From: Lytechinus pictus
Lineage: Eukaryota
DNA length: 64,000 bases
Reading direction: 5' to 3'
Assembly: GCF_037042905.1 (NCBI RefSeq)
Contig: NC_087257.1
Span: 124,001 to 188,000 of the forward strand
The first letter of the stretch is position 1. Every line of letters begins with the position of its first letter. Under the pieces are notes generated by a model. The model had not been told where the DNA came from. It searched no databases and worked only from the letters and a program-made list of their open reading frames with translations. Positions 10,668 to 23,863 of this stretch are shown here, in pieces. The position numbers were made by a program, and so were the translations under genes.

Positions 10668-13295
10668 GCGAAATTATTTTTCCCACCGAGTTCTGGACCA
10701 ACATATGAATATTCATGACTTGCGTCTTCGGATTAAGAGTACGCATGCGCGTGGACTTCGCCTCGACGCGACCAGTGCCGGTCGTAAGCATTCACGTTGC
10801 TCAGAATGAATTAGCATCGTCAAATTACCGGTACCCTTACATAGTTACATAGGCCTTATATGCTTAGATCTATATATATATATATCCAATTTATCAAACT
10901 AGCTGCCATTAATGGCAAGACATGTGCTAGGCTAGGGCTCGCTTAGGCTAGCGCAGTAGTTTGAAATGCCTTGGCCTTGAGGTTTTCAGGCCTTCATTGG
11001 CCTTGGGTTTCCATGCCTTGGCCTTGGCCTTTGGTATTGAAGCCTTGGCCTTGGCCTTGGAGGTTTGAGCCTTGACTACAACACTGTTCAATAGCCGAGT
11101 AATGCCATGGTTAACTTCGAACTGGTTAATACCGAACTTTACGTTTAATAAGGTTTACGTTTAATAAAGCTTATTTGCCATGGTTTGTCTAGTCCGTATA
11201 CAAAACCAGTCCTAGATCTAAAATTCTTTTTTATCTTAGTTCGAGTCTAGTCTCTAGATCTAGACTCTGATCTACGTTGTATCAGCATGGAACCACTAGT
11301 GTACCAAACGGGGGGGGGGGGGGGCAGACTGCCCCTCTGACGAGTTACAACTGATTCAGGAGACGTGCCCCCCCCCCCCCTTTGAGAAGACAAATGAATA
11401 ATTTGTAATGTAAAAATGCAATGAAAAAGACGTATGCCCCCTCTTTTGAACGTGAATATTTTTTTTTTTTTTTTTTTTTTTTGGGGGGGGGGCTTGTCAC
11501 ATTTTTTCACGGACGAAATATCCTCCAAAAATGTGCCCCCCTTTTGGAAAATCCTAGGTACGCCAGTGCAGCAGTGGCGTAGCTACGGGGGGGAGGCACG
11601 TGCCCCCCCCCCCGAAAAAAATTGGCAGAGCAAAAAAAAAAAAAAGGGGGGGAGAAAGAAGAAAAGAAAAAGGAAATGGAGAATAAAGACAGAAGAAAAA
11701 AAAAGAAAAGGAAAATAAGGGGAGGAAGGCGAGGGAATGAAATAATGTGAGGGGAAGACTTGAAAAAAGAATCTTTCATGTTACTATATAAAAAAATTTG
11801 CTTGCACTTCGCGCCAGAATTGCCTGTTCGATGAGATTCATATCCTGCTCAATAGGCTGATATGGAGCAAGTTTTGAAGGTAATATACAAAACATATTTT
11901 AGCTCGCACTTCGTTCGAGCTTTCATGTTTTTTTTTTCATTTAATTACAAATTTAAGTGCTCTGTTAAATGTCCGTTTTATGTCCGTCTACATATCAGCA
12001 TTTTAAGCTCACGCTGCGTGGTCACATTGTTTGATTTGCCAAGTTCATAATGTCTACGTGTATTCCATAATGTTCCATTAGACAAATGTATTCAGAATGC
12101 CCAGATTCTAGGTCTAAATCTAAAACATGCGCGATAGCCTGCATGTTCTTTATTTAAAACGTACTTAAATTATCCAGTTTCACATCAGAATATCAATAAT
12201 TGTCTGCTCACGCTTCACGATCGCATTATTAATGATACCCAATTAACTATACCCTATTTATGATTACAAAAATGAATAGAGTGTCCTGCTTTTAGGTCAA
12301 AAATCTCAATTTTCTTCCTATTGCGCTTCGCGCTCGCACCAATTGTTTAGTTTCATACCTATCCCATTTATTAATACAAAATTTGTTAGGTCAGAATGTC
12401 AAAAATTGCTCGCGCTTTGCGCTCGCATTACTTGAAATATAGACCGTCTTCGTGGGTAACTGAAAGTAGTCCTTAACAGGTACCTTTTCGATAATGCTAG
12501 AACAGTTAATACAAATTTCTGTTCGTACTTGGCGTTTGCAGTAACCATCTAATTACATACGAATCTTGTTCACGACCACACATACCATTGCCCATAATAT
12601 TTATTTTTTTTTAAATCGCTTACGCTTCGCGCTCACACTTTTTATAAGGCTTACGAGATTATTTCATGTTTATGTTGTTTTATAAGAATAAAACTAAGAA
12701 ATGACTGCTCGGGGAAAATATAGGTGAAGATAATTTCGGGCCCCGTCCCCTATTTGCGAAAGTCCGATCCGCCCTTGTGACACATACACACACACCGGAA
12801 AAAATGGCCGGTGCCCCCCTCCTGAAAATGCAAGGACTCCCCAGTGCCCCCCCCCCCAGGAATAAAATCCTAGCTACGCCACTGCAGATTATTAATTTGG
12901 CTTCTCAAAGGGGGGGGGGGGGGCACGTCCCCTGGATAAGTTGTAAATCGTCAGAGGGGCAGTCTGCCCCCCCCCCCTAGCTTGGTACACTAGTTGTTCC
13001 ATGCTGATACAGCGTAGATCAGAGTCTAGATCTAGAGACTAGACTAGAACTTTTAGATCTAGGACTGGTTCTATATACGGACAAGACATATTAAACCATG
13101 GTAAATAAAATCAAACGTAAAGTTCGGAATTTACCGGTTCGAAGTTAACCATGGCATTAGTCGGCTATTACTATTAGTATTAGGCATTAGACAGGTCCAG
13201 ATTTGAGGTAAAGTTAATGCGCTAGCCTAAGCTAGCCCTAGCCTAGCACATGTCTTGCCATTAATGGCAGCTAGTTTGATAAGTGTTTAAGAAAT

Positions 13296-13332
<37 letters not shown>

Positions 13333-13501
13333 TCTAAGCCTATAAGGCCTATGTAACTTTGTAAGGGTACCGGTAATTTGACGATGCTAATTCATTCTTA
13401 GCAATGTGAATGCTTACGACGCATGCGTACTCTTAATCCGAAGACGCAAGTCATGAATATTCATATGTTGGTCCAGAACTCGGTGGGAAAAATAATTTCG
13501 C
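10668..13501. mobile_element. Non-autonomous foldback/Mutator-like DNA transposon with long inverted arms and nested MITEs
   Basis: Arms 10668-~11408 and ~12885-13501 are reverse complements (GCGAAATTATTTTTCCC...); TSD TGCCGGGAT at 10659-10667 and 13502-13510. Confidence 0.85.
11572..12884. mobile_element. MITE with TIRs CAGTGGCGTAGCTA...TAGCTACGCCACTG (hAT-type termini)
   Basis: 14-bp perfect TIRs, G/C runs, internal ttcgcgctcgca-like repeats; no clear 8-bp TSD. Confidence 0.75.
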
Positions 13502-14156
13502 TGCCGGGATGCCCCCGAGACTTTACCACAGATTTGTACACATAGCTCCATCTAGTAGTTGTTCATTGCTGACTGATATTTTGTTATTAACAGTGACTTT
13601 TTGTGTATTTCATTTCATTTCCCGGTGTCTGGAGCAGAAATGCCACATTTTTCAAAAGGTTGATAAAAACTTCATCTTTCTAACCAAACCATACTTGGGC
13701 TTTAAGTTATCAATGAAGATGCCCAGAAACTTTGCATACATTGCTTACAAGAAAGAGGTATAAAGCGGTTTGTTTTATTTCCTGGTCAAAAAAACAATCC
13801 ACGGTTCATGATGCTTTACATTCCAGTATTAAGCCGCGAAGTTTGTAGAGGACGTAACTTGCGCGAGATATTTAAAAGGGAGATAAAACGTGGGATGTGC
13901 AGTTTAGTTATATAATTCCTAATAACATCTGCTGTGTTTTTCAGATCACGCAATTGCAACACGCATGCGCTATCCGAATTTTTCCTGTATAAGGGACCGT
14001 GTGCAAAATAATTCAAAAGAAAAAATAAACGGGGGAATGAAACATTCATGAAATTGTGTAAACAAAGACGAATACTACTACTTCTACAACAACTTCTACC
14101 AGGCGCGGATCCATGGGGGGGGCGAGGGGGCCTTGCCCCCCCCCCCCCCCTTGGCA

Positions 14157-14620
14157 TGAAAAAAGAAGAGGGAAAGAAAAAGAAAAAAGAGGGGAAAGGA
14201 AAAGGAGAAAAAAAGAGAGAGGAAGGAGGAAAGAAGAGAAGAGAGAGAAAGGGGAAAAGAGAGAGGGAGAGGGGGAAGGAAGAAGAGGAGAAAAAAGAAA
14301 GAGGAAAGGGGGAAAGAAAAGAAGAAAAAGGGAAGAGGGGGAAGGAAGGGAAGGAAAAGGGAGAGGAAAATGGGAAAGAAAGAGAAGGAAAAAGAGAGGG
14401 AAAGGAAAAGGAGAAAAAAAAAGGAAGAGAAGAAAAGGGAGGGGGAGGGAGAGGGGGAAGAAAAAAGAGGAAGAGGGGAAAAGAAAAGGAGAGAGAGGAA
14501 AGAATGAAGAAAAAAGAGAGGGGAAAGACAAAAAGAAAAAAGAAGAGGGGAAAGAAAAGAAGAAAAAAAATTAGAAGAAGAGGGGAAAGAAAGAGAAAAA
14601 AGAGGAAGAGCAGGAAAGAA
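14157..14620. repeat. GA-rich polypurine low-complexity tract (copy at ~49955-50378)
   Basis: Almost pure A/G sequence. Confidence 0.95.
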
Positions 14621-15645
14621 AATGATGTTCGAACCAAAAGGGCGCCGAAATGATGTTCGAAGGAATGTCAAAATGAAGTTCGAATTGGGGGCCGAATTGA
14701 TGTTCGAAGGGGGGGGGGGAGGGGGCGAATTGCTGTTCGACGTAGGGGCGCCAAATTGATGTTCGAACTAGGGGGGGGGGCGCCAAATTGATGTTCGAAC
14801 TAGGGGGGGCGCCAAATTGATGTTCGAACTAGGGGGGGGGGCGCCAAATTTATACTCGAGCTAGGGGGGGGGGAATAATATACCAACTAGGGGCGCGAAA
14901 TTGATGTTTGACCTACATGTAGGGGCGCCGAATTGATATTCGAACTAGGAGGGCGCCGAAATGAAGTTTGAAGGGATGTTAAAATGATGTTCGAACTGGA
15001 GCGCCAGATTGATACTCGAACTAGGGGGGGGGGGGAAGGGGGCCGAATCGATGTTGGAACTAGGGGGGCGCCAAATTGATACTCGAACTAGGGGTGCTCA
15101 GAATTGATGTTGGAACTAGGGGGCGCCAAATTGATAATCGAACTATGGGGCGCCAAATTGATGTCGGGCCTACATGTAGGGGTGCCGAATTGATATTCGA
15201 GCGCCGAAATGATGTTCGAAGGGATGTTAAAATGATGTTCGAACTGGGGGCGCCAAATTGATACTCGAATCGATACTCGAATTGATACTCGAATCGATGT
15301 TCGAGCTAGGGGGGCGCCAAACTGATACTCAAACTAGGGGGCGCCGAATTGATATTCGAATTAGGGGGGCGCCAAATTGATACTCGAGCTGGGGGGTGGG
15401 GGCGAAATGATATTCGAACTATGGAAGCCAAATTGAGTTCGAATGGATGCCAAAATGCCAATTGGGGGCGCCAAAGTGATGTTCGACCTAGGGAGGCCAA
15501 ATAGATGTTCGACGTAGGGGGGGGGTTGCACCGAATTGATGTTCGACGTAGGGGTGCAAAATTTATGTTCGACATCGGGGAGCGCCGATTGAATGTTCGA
15601 ACTAGGGGCACCAAATTGCTATTCGAACTTGGGGGCGCTAAAATT
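14620..15645. repeat. ~28-32-bp degenerate tandem array (GGGGCGCCAAATTGATGTTCGAACTA); copy at ~50378-51575
   Basis: Dozens of adjacent copies with variable G runs. Confidence 0.95.
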
Positions 15646-16029
15646 GTGTATGGGTATGGCTTAAAAAGAATGCAACTAGTATAAGTTATACAAGTTGCAT
15701 TCTTTTTAAGCCATATACCTATAATTGCATAGGTTACAAAGCACATGTTAACATCGTCACGTTCAACACCAATAACAAGCAAGCAATGACCCGCCGTGTA
15801 GCTAGTTGTAGGTCGGGATAACTTGCGCTCCATAGTTATTTGGAAAGTGGATATTGATAATAACCGTATCAGACCGCCCCGATCACATTACAAGAATTCG
15901 TGTTATTATTTCCGCATTCTTACATTCCGTCCCGAAGAGACTTCCGAGAAATTCTCAAAGTTACGAGCATGCGCATTATGGTCAGGAAAGCGGGCAAGGA
16001 GCGAATTCAAACTCGCCAGTCTGCAACTC

Positions 16030-16168
16030 ATGGCGCCCAGGCGACCACGCCCAACCACAAAGTTCTCAAGTATCAATCTTCAGGTTGCGAAAATCGAAAA
16101 AGAAAAGCGGAGAGGCTAAAGCAAGCAAGCTGGCTCCCTAAACAAGTACCTCCGCCCAAATTTGAGAG
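16030..16168 (+). pseudogene. Putative first exon resembling a hAT (Tip100/ZMYM1-like) transposase N-terminus; copy at 51958-52092
   Basis: SGCENRKRKAERLKQAGSLDKYL in copy Y'; GTAGGA donor; upstream GCATGCGCA NRF1-like motif; frameshifted. Confidence 0.5.
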
Positions 16169-17295
16169 GTAGGAACACATGGTGAAAAATGAACATATAT
16201 CGATTGATAATTTGATGTCTCATTGAGAAGTTAGAATATAGTGAATCCCAGAAAAAAAGAAACCGTAATTCGGTGAAAGTTTTTGCTGCCATAATCATAA
16301 TTTTTCTTCATGTGATGTATAAATCGAAATATATGATTTCTTTCTGTCATTTAAAGACCATATCAATGGTCATAAAACATGCATGACTGAGTTAGAACAA
16401 TGGAAATGGTGTTACCAAATTTTCGTTTGCACGAGCAATTTTACGATTTTTCTAGCTTATACTGCTATCTATTCGGAAATCAAAGTTCATAACTGAGAAA
16501 TCAATTTCTTCTTTTTTTCATAATTATGAGATCCTCTTAGTAAAATATGAATGACGCACGGTCGAGAAAAAGTTGCATGAAACATACTTAATTCCCTACC
16601 TATTCGATGATGTTGGAAAAAAAACATTTCACGGCAAAAAATGTTCAGTTATGCCAAATTGAATATTTGTTTCCTTTGAATCATGGCTCAAATCTCATGA
16701 CCAGTTGACCACCATAGTCATGAATGTATTTCGACCTTAGTGATGTCAGTATGCTATACATTGAACCCTGGGCTATGAGGATAATTGACTGACGGCTACT
16801 TTGTTATTTGGAGGCTAGATCTATTTATATAGTTCATATGGGGAGCTAAAATATCGGCCTTATAGCTGAGTTCCAGTGTATTTCCTACCCTGCTCTGGGG
16901 CCTTCTCATACGATAGTTGACATAGACTCTCTGATATTTGACATTTACCAAAAATAAATATTGGCACATTTTGTGCGCACGTCAACATTTCGTGTGTCAC
17001 TCTGTGGATTTTGCTTGCCAACCGAATATCAACCCCCCCCCCAAAAAAAAAGAGCCGTTATTTGCCCACAAGGTCAAAACATTTCTATTGATGTATAATT
17101 ACCATTACCATAACATACAAAATAAAACATGCATAAAAAACATTTTGGACTTAATGATTTCACAGATTCAAGTAATCTATTTCTTTAACGGCTTTTGGGG
17201 TCATTTTCCAAACGATATTGGATTCGACGTTTTCTTTGTACACTGCAAAATCATGCAGTTTCCAGTCAGCTAGTCGGGTAATTCCATGGATAGAA

Positions 17296-17454
17296 CAGGG
17301 TCCGAGGAAGCGGGGGCTTGGGGGCTTCAGGCCCTCCCCACTTTTGTCAAAACCGTGTGCAAAAACGTAAAAATTACCATAATTTTATGAATGTGAATTT
17401 TTGCATGGTCAGCAGCCCCCCCCCTCCACTTTGAAAACCGTTCCGCGGCCCCTG
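17296..17454. mobile_element. Small MITE (CAGGG(T)CCG...CGGCCCCTG)
   Basis: Imperfect TIRs, flanked by TAGAA on both sides; left half is missing in copy Y'. Confidence 0.6.
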
Positions 17455-18465
17455 TAGAAACTGGTGAACCGGCAGAAAGTTAACTTCATTAATTTTGTAT
17501 TTTGCAAAGCATGTGAACCAGTTAATGAGGGAAATCTCAATTGGTCTAGGTAAAATACTGTTAAATGAGAAGTCCCCAAAGAAAACGGCCAGTCACCGAC
17601 TGGTGCATATTTCTTTCACAAGCAAACTAAAAAATAATATCCCTACGGGGGGGGGGGGGGCGTCAAGTAGATCTCAAACACTAAAGACAAATTCTTAGCA
17701 CGCCGTATCAACGGCAGGTAATGTTATTTTTAAGTTAGGCCCCCATAATCCCAAATCAACTAAATTAGATCTACTTCAAGTAGGTTTCCAAAAGTTTCAA
17801 AACTCCATAAACTCTACATATTATTTCACATACAACTAAATCTACATACAAGCTAAAGATCTATTGTATTTCAAGATTATGGTTGATGATTAACATAAAC
17901 ACAACGCCAAATAAATTCAAATTACTCAAGTCATATATTGATATCAAAATAAATATTTACATTTAGCGCATGTTTCCAATTCAAAACACTTTATAATTAT
18001 ATACACTACATGATAGAAAACATCTCAATGTTACTTATACCATCGAACTTGTCAGATACACGGGTTTATCTGACTATCTGCTAGTTTGTATAATACGACG
18101 TACATTTTTTATATTGTATTTTTTAAATTGAATACATCTAATGTGGGATATTAGCTTTAATCTTACACACGCTTTGGAATATCTGATTCTAGTTTTTAAT
18201 TTTGCTAACAACAAAGGGTTGTTTGCGTTGTTTATTGGTATGAATCAGGCCGACGAAAATGTGATAATAAATAATTTTAAACTGAGATATCAACAAACGT
18301 TAATAATATAAGAAATTAAAACATGCCTCTTAGAAATCATTGATGAAATAAAAGTAAACTATAAAGGGGAGATTCAGCTCCTTCTCATCATTGAATCAGT
18401 CGTCCCTCTGATAATGTAAGACATGCAATTATTAATTAAACATTTTATAATCTTTTTATTAACAG

Positions 18466-18674
18466 AGAGGACTCAAAGGAGTACTGGAACAGAACTTTTC
18501 AGAAGACGTCTGACGGAAAATCACGCTACTTTCGGTCTTCGAATTATATTAGATGTGAAAGGGGATGGTGGCTGCTTCTTTCATGCAGTCCACCATCAAC
18601 TAACAAAAGAATGTAAAGATAATAGCTACAACTTCAGAACATCCTCGAAAGATGAGGCTTTCCTGTGTCATTGA
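18466..18674 (+). pseudogene. OTU-like cysteine protease exon remnant (catalytic Cys loop); copy from 54489
   Basis: LDVKGDGGCFFHAVHHQL matches the OTU DGxCFFxAV motif; preceded by a polypyrimidine tract and AG acceptor. Confidence 0.75.
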
Positions 18675-20619
18675 TGATCCTAACGATGTATAACAAGTGA
18701 AACGCGTAACGTGTAACAAATGGATATTTGATTGTTTTTTTTTGTCTTAATTTCATGAATTACTAGTAGATCCATAAACTATTTAATTTATGTCAACATT
18801 TCAAAAAATTAATTTTGGTAAGATTTCGATGTTGATTCTCCCAACATTTTCTAAGTTCATTGACCCAGGCGGCCAGGCCTGCATTGACCCTAAACTACCT
18901 TTGACCTTGGTCATGTTACCTTAAACAAACGTAGTCAGGATATTTTGCTATACTTTATTACCCTTGTTTCCAAGTTTCATGAACTATGACATTTCAAAAA
19001 CTTAACTTTGGTTAAGATTTCAGTGTTGACGCCGTCCCCATCGTCAAAAAGAGGCGCCAATTATTGTCTCGCTCTGCTATGTAGGCGAGACAAAAATTAT
19101 GTTCTGTCCTAGCGACTTTTGTAACATGTTTTAGTAGGGGGCACGTAGGCAATTCGTCAATATTTTAATGAGTAATTCGTGAGCTTCACGAGCTGAGCAC
19201 TCCATAACTCTATTCCTAACAAAAGTCGCTCTTGTTTATTAAAGGCTAAGAAACAAAATATGAATAAGAGTTGTGAATTCTTCTTGCATGAAGGGAAGCA
19301 TTCTGCACTTTGACAAATGTATGAGAAGCGTCTGACTTTAACTGTTGTTTTTATATTGCTTGCAACACTTAATCCACTAATCCCAAACGGATAGGAAAAT
19401 ATAACAAGTGGTTTTATACTATTATATATAGGTCCTATATTTCAATTGGACGGTGAATGGAGTTCACGGCCAACAATTATAAAACTTTAGCAGTAGTGAG
19501 AGTATTATTCTTTAATCTTAGCAGATTGAATAACCGATTTTTTTTTGACATTTCTATTAATTTCAAATTACATGTTATGCTAACACTGTTTACCTTTTGT
19601 ACTGATACTCTTGATATTTATCAGAACAAATGAGGATTTCTATTCTTAGGTGAATGTTCTCTTGTTATTTCTCTATTGGAAAGCCGTTTGAGTAAAAATC
19701 GGTCTAGTAGTATAGTCACTAGTTACTACATGTATACTAGTAAACGTTTTGCATGTTCTAGGTGGGTAGACATTCATACCACAACGCATATCACAGTCTG
19801 AAATAGGATGTGCAGTATACCACCATGTGAACTTAATTGTCTATGCATATATCAATATATGTTATTTACAGAAATGTTGAAGTTTACTTGCAATATGTAA
19901 AGGAATAAATGAAACTTTCATTGTAATGGTGAAAGTTTCGGATGCGTTTTTTATTTTTTGACGAATCGTAAAATACTCAAATAACTGAAATAACTCTATG
20001 GTTTATATCGCTCCTATATTTTTGTTTCATGTAGTAATGGGTAAAAGACAGCTAGATACAGTTGATGACTGATACGGCACCTCTTCGTTTCCAACCTACA
20101 GTGGGAAATCGCATTGTAATTTTTTTAAACGAATTCCACTGGAGCTATTACGTGGATTTACTCAGGCCTAAACTGCATTGCTATCATTTACATTAATTGT
20201 TACATCTTGAAATAGTTGATGAATACAAGATACATGGGACCTTGGAATTCATGTTTCACTTGTATTGTATGAAAGAGAGAGATAAGAACCTATCGTCCTA
20301 AATGATGCGAACTTAAGAGCATTGTTGTCATATTTATATAGACATTGCCAATAAAGTATATTTTTACAGCATATTTATCTTTAGTATATTATATTTGTTT
20401 TATTCACACCGTTTACACGCATTCTGTTTCTTTTGAAAATCTATTTGGAGTATATACAACTTGAGCAAGATTATAAGATACATAACCTTTTGATACTTGA
20501 TATGATTGTTGCAAGAGCGGAAGAGCCAATATTTGTTGAATAGGATTGACAAGACAACTCACTGTTTGAAACGAAGTATGCCTATACAAAGCAAGATAGG
20601 TTTTCTGTGTGAAGTAAAT

Positions 20620-23600
20620 GAAAAATGAAAGCAAAGAATGCAAGAACTATTCGCTGCATCTTCTTTTCCATCTATATTATAATAGATGAAAGAAAGCGAA
20701 CTATTCAAGATGTCATGGTCGAAAACAACCTTTGATTTTCTAACAAAGCGAGGAATGCAATAACTAATCTTTGTATCTTCGCTCCAATCGGTTATTTTGC
20801 TTAATGGCAGAAAGCAAACTACTTAACGATGTCTTTGTCGAAAAAGCTTTTGATTTTTCGAACAAAGCGTGGAATGAAAGAAACTAATCTTTGCATCTTC
20901 GCTCCAATCGGTTACTTCATACTTCCATAGTTTTCATTTTGACCCACATACACGACTCTCTTTATTGGCTTTCTCACTCACACAAATTGTATTACATAGA
21001 ATCCAGTAGATGGCACTAGCTTCAGGTCAACTCCATTCACCCACATGATGATAACATAGAACACTGTACAATATATGTTATTATTATTCATTTTTATTCC
21101 ATTTTAAGTCCAGACATAATACACAAAGCAGATTTTGATACAAAGGTAAAAGTAATCGAAGTTATGTAGTAAACGTATGTCGTAGACAAAATAATTGCTA
21201 ACTGTTATATCTTCGCTTTAACACAATCCATGTATAGACGGAGATGTATAGAGGGAGAAGGGTTTCACTATATGGGGGAAGATCCAAAAATAAGAGGAAA
21301 ATCCATGAAAGCGATGGAAACTCAAGGAGTTGCAAAGGAAGTAATTTGGGGAGATCACAAAGACATGCTGGACAGGTTTGAAAAGGATTGTGTTCCAGGG
21401 ATGGCGTCGATGGAAAATCGTTGCGTAGCGATACCAGGGTGTATCATTTCCAATCACTACGAAACTATGTCAGACCAAGAGAAATTCGAAAAAAATGAAA
21501 GCAAACAATGCAAGAACTATTCACTGCATCTTCTTTTCTATCTATATTATAATATAAATTGAAATGTCATTGAAATGACAGAACATGACGTTCAACTTAA
21601 TTTCTTACAATATGCTGACGATACTCTATTTTTTGTTCAAGATGAAAAATCGTTAAGAGAAATATTAAACGAATTAAAAACCTTTGGTAGAATAGCAGGT
21701 CCAAAGATTAATAAAGAAAAAACAGCATTGATATGGTTAGGAGATATAAGTAAGAGATATGATATTAAAAAATACAATTTATCTTGGACTGTTAAGCCTG
21801 TAAAATACTTAGGTCACTATATTCATTCTGATAATGACAAATCGCTAAACTTAGAGTGGGAAGAAAAATTAATTAAATTGAAAAAGACTCTTGACAGCTG
21901 GTCAAAACGAAACTTAACTATTTTTGGTCGGGTAACTATTCTTAAATGTCTAGCACTTAGTCAAATAATACATTTCAGCATTGTTGATTCCATTCCAACG
22001 AAATGCACGAAAAGTTTGGATAATCTAGTGTTTAGATTCATTTGGAACAGAAAAGTAGAAAAAATTAAAAGATGTACTTTAACAGAAAATTATATTAATG
22101 GTGGAATAAAAATGACTGATGTACACCGCCAAATGCTAAGCTTTCGGTTAAAATGGTTAGGAAGGTTTTTGAATGACAAAACAGAAACATGGAAGAAAAT
22201 GTGTTCATATTGGTTTGACCTCCTAGGAGGTATCTCGTTCCTTTTAAATTGTAATTTCAGTACTAAAACACTGAAAATTATAAATGAAAGAAAAATACCA
22301 ACTTTTTACAAAGAAATACTGGAAGCTTGGGAATTTTTTAGAACTATTACCACATTGAAAGATGTTTGCATGTTTAACCCTAACTGTAATGATATTCGAA
22401 ATCAAATACTTTGGCATAATAAACATATAATATTTGATAACCAGTCTTTATTTTATGAAGACTGGTTTAGAAGTGATATAGTTTACTTAACATATATTAT
22501 TGGGAGAAATGGTTACATACCAATGGAAAACATTCAGAGAAAGATCGATATAAAATGAAGTAAGAATACTGTTATTTTTTTACTACACAAAACTAAAAAA
22601 GGCAATACCAGCAATATGGAAAAAAAAGTTTGAGCGATAATAATGGAATCACTTTCCGGCCTCATGTCTTTATTGTTCCCCAGGTAATGATTGGAAAAAG
22701 TTTGAAATGCATCAGTGATCTGAGGAGTAATACTATATATAAACTGTTCCCCTCAAAAAATACTTTCAACAATAAATGCTGTTAACATTGGGAGAACAAA
22801 CTTGATATTGATGTGAATTGGGCAAATGTATTTAAAAATAATTTTATTCAAGTTAGAGAAAATAAATTACGAGAGTTCAATCTTAAGTTATTATATAATC
22901 TCTTACCAGTAAAAAGTAACCTGTTTAAATGGAATTTTGCAACTGACGATTTGTGTCCAACATGCAAGTTTAAAGAAGATATTATACATGCTTTTATCGA
23001 CTGTGAACTAAACAAATCCTTTTTTGAATATATCAAAATTATTTTGCGAGAAGTTTACAATGTAGAAGTGGAAGTAAACATCAAACATTTGCTTAAAGTT
23101 GAAAGTGATAGTAAAACAAATCTCTTTGTAACTATTACATTTTGGTCAATATATAAAGTTATTTTGGATAGGAACAAATCAGGAACTGAAAAAAGAAGTT
23201 TTGTTTTGAAACATGTATTTATAAAAGAAATTAAAAAACGGATAGAAATGTACAACATTGATAGTAAAAAGACCAAAGAAAAAGATGAACAGCCCAAGGG
23301 CTTGCTACGATTCATGTAAGAACAATCTATGTAACTTGAATATGATTTTGTAATTTATGTAGAAATACTTGTGTTTCATAATTTATGATTAATTGTGTAA
23401 CCTATGATTTAAATGTGATTTACTGTGTAACCCCTGATTTGAATGTGAATAAATCCTCTGATAGAGGCAAAAAAGATCTACTGGATTCTATGTAATACAA
23501 TTTGTGTGAGTCAGAAAGCCAATAAAGAGAGTCGTGTATGTGGGTCAAAATGAAAACTATGCAAGTATGAAGTAACCGATTGGAGCGAAGATGCAAAGAT

Positions 23601-23863
23601 TAGTTTCTTTCATTCCTCGCTTTGTTCGAAAAATCAATAGTTTTTTCGACCAAGACATCGTTAAGTAGTTTGCTTTCTACCATTTAGCAAAATAACCGAT
23701 TGGAGCGAAGATACAAAGATTAGTTATTGCATTCCTCGCTTTGTTAGAAAATCAAAGGTTGTTTTCGACCATGACATCTTGAATAGTTCGCTTTCTTTCA
23801 TCTATTATAATATAGATAGAAAAGAAGATGCAGTGAATAGTTCTTGGATTCTTTGCTTTCATT
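20620..23863. repeat. ~390-bp inverted repeat pair (20620-21011 and 23476-23863), overlapping direct repeats at 21245-21553 and 24208-24603
   Basis: Reverse-complement and direct matches read from the sequence. Confidence 0.9.
21555..23475 (+). mobile_element. 5'-truncated L1/Tx1-clade LINE (ORF2 RT C-terminal half and zinc finger), disrupted
   Basis: LQYADDTLFF, KYLG, WSKRNLTIFGRVTILK, CPTCKFKEDIIHAFIDC; AATAAA and a short A tail at the 3' end. Confidence 0.93.

Larger units (their letters stand above)
13565..20160 (+). repeat. Segmental duplication copy Y (partner 49366-56180)
   Basis: Collinear high similarity over ~6.6 kb with matching ORF translations. Confidence 0.97.

Noticed and set aside
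13816-14671. Long K/E/R/G-rich and F/S/L/P-rich ORFs (also 49619-50482 and 42778-43375)
   Set aside because: Artefacts of stop-free low-complexity purine or pyrimidine tracts; open in many frames and not conserved between the duplicates
14620-15645. CRISPR-like appearance of the ~30-bp repeat array
   Set aside because: No unique spacers, no cas genes, eukaryotic context
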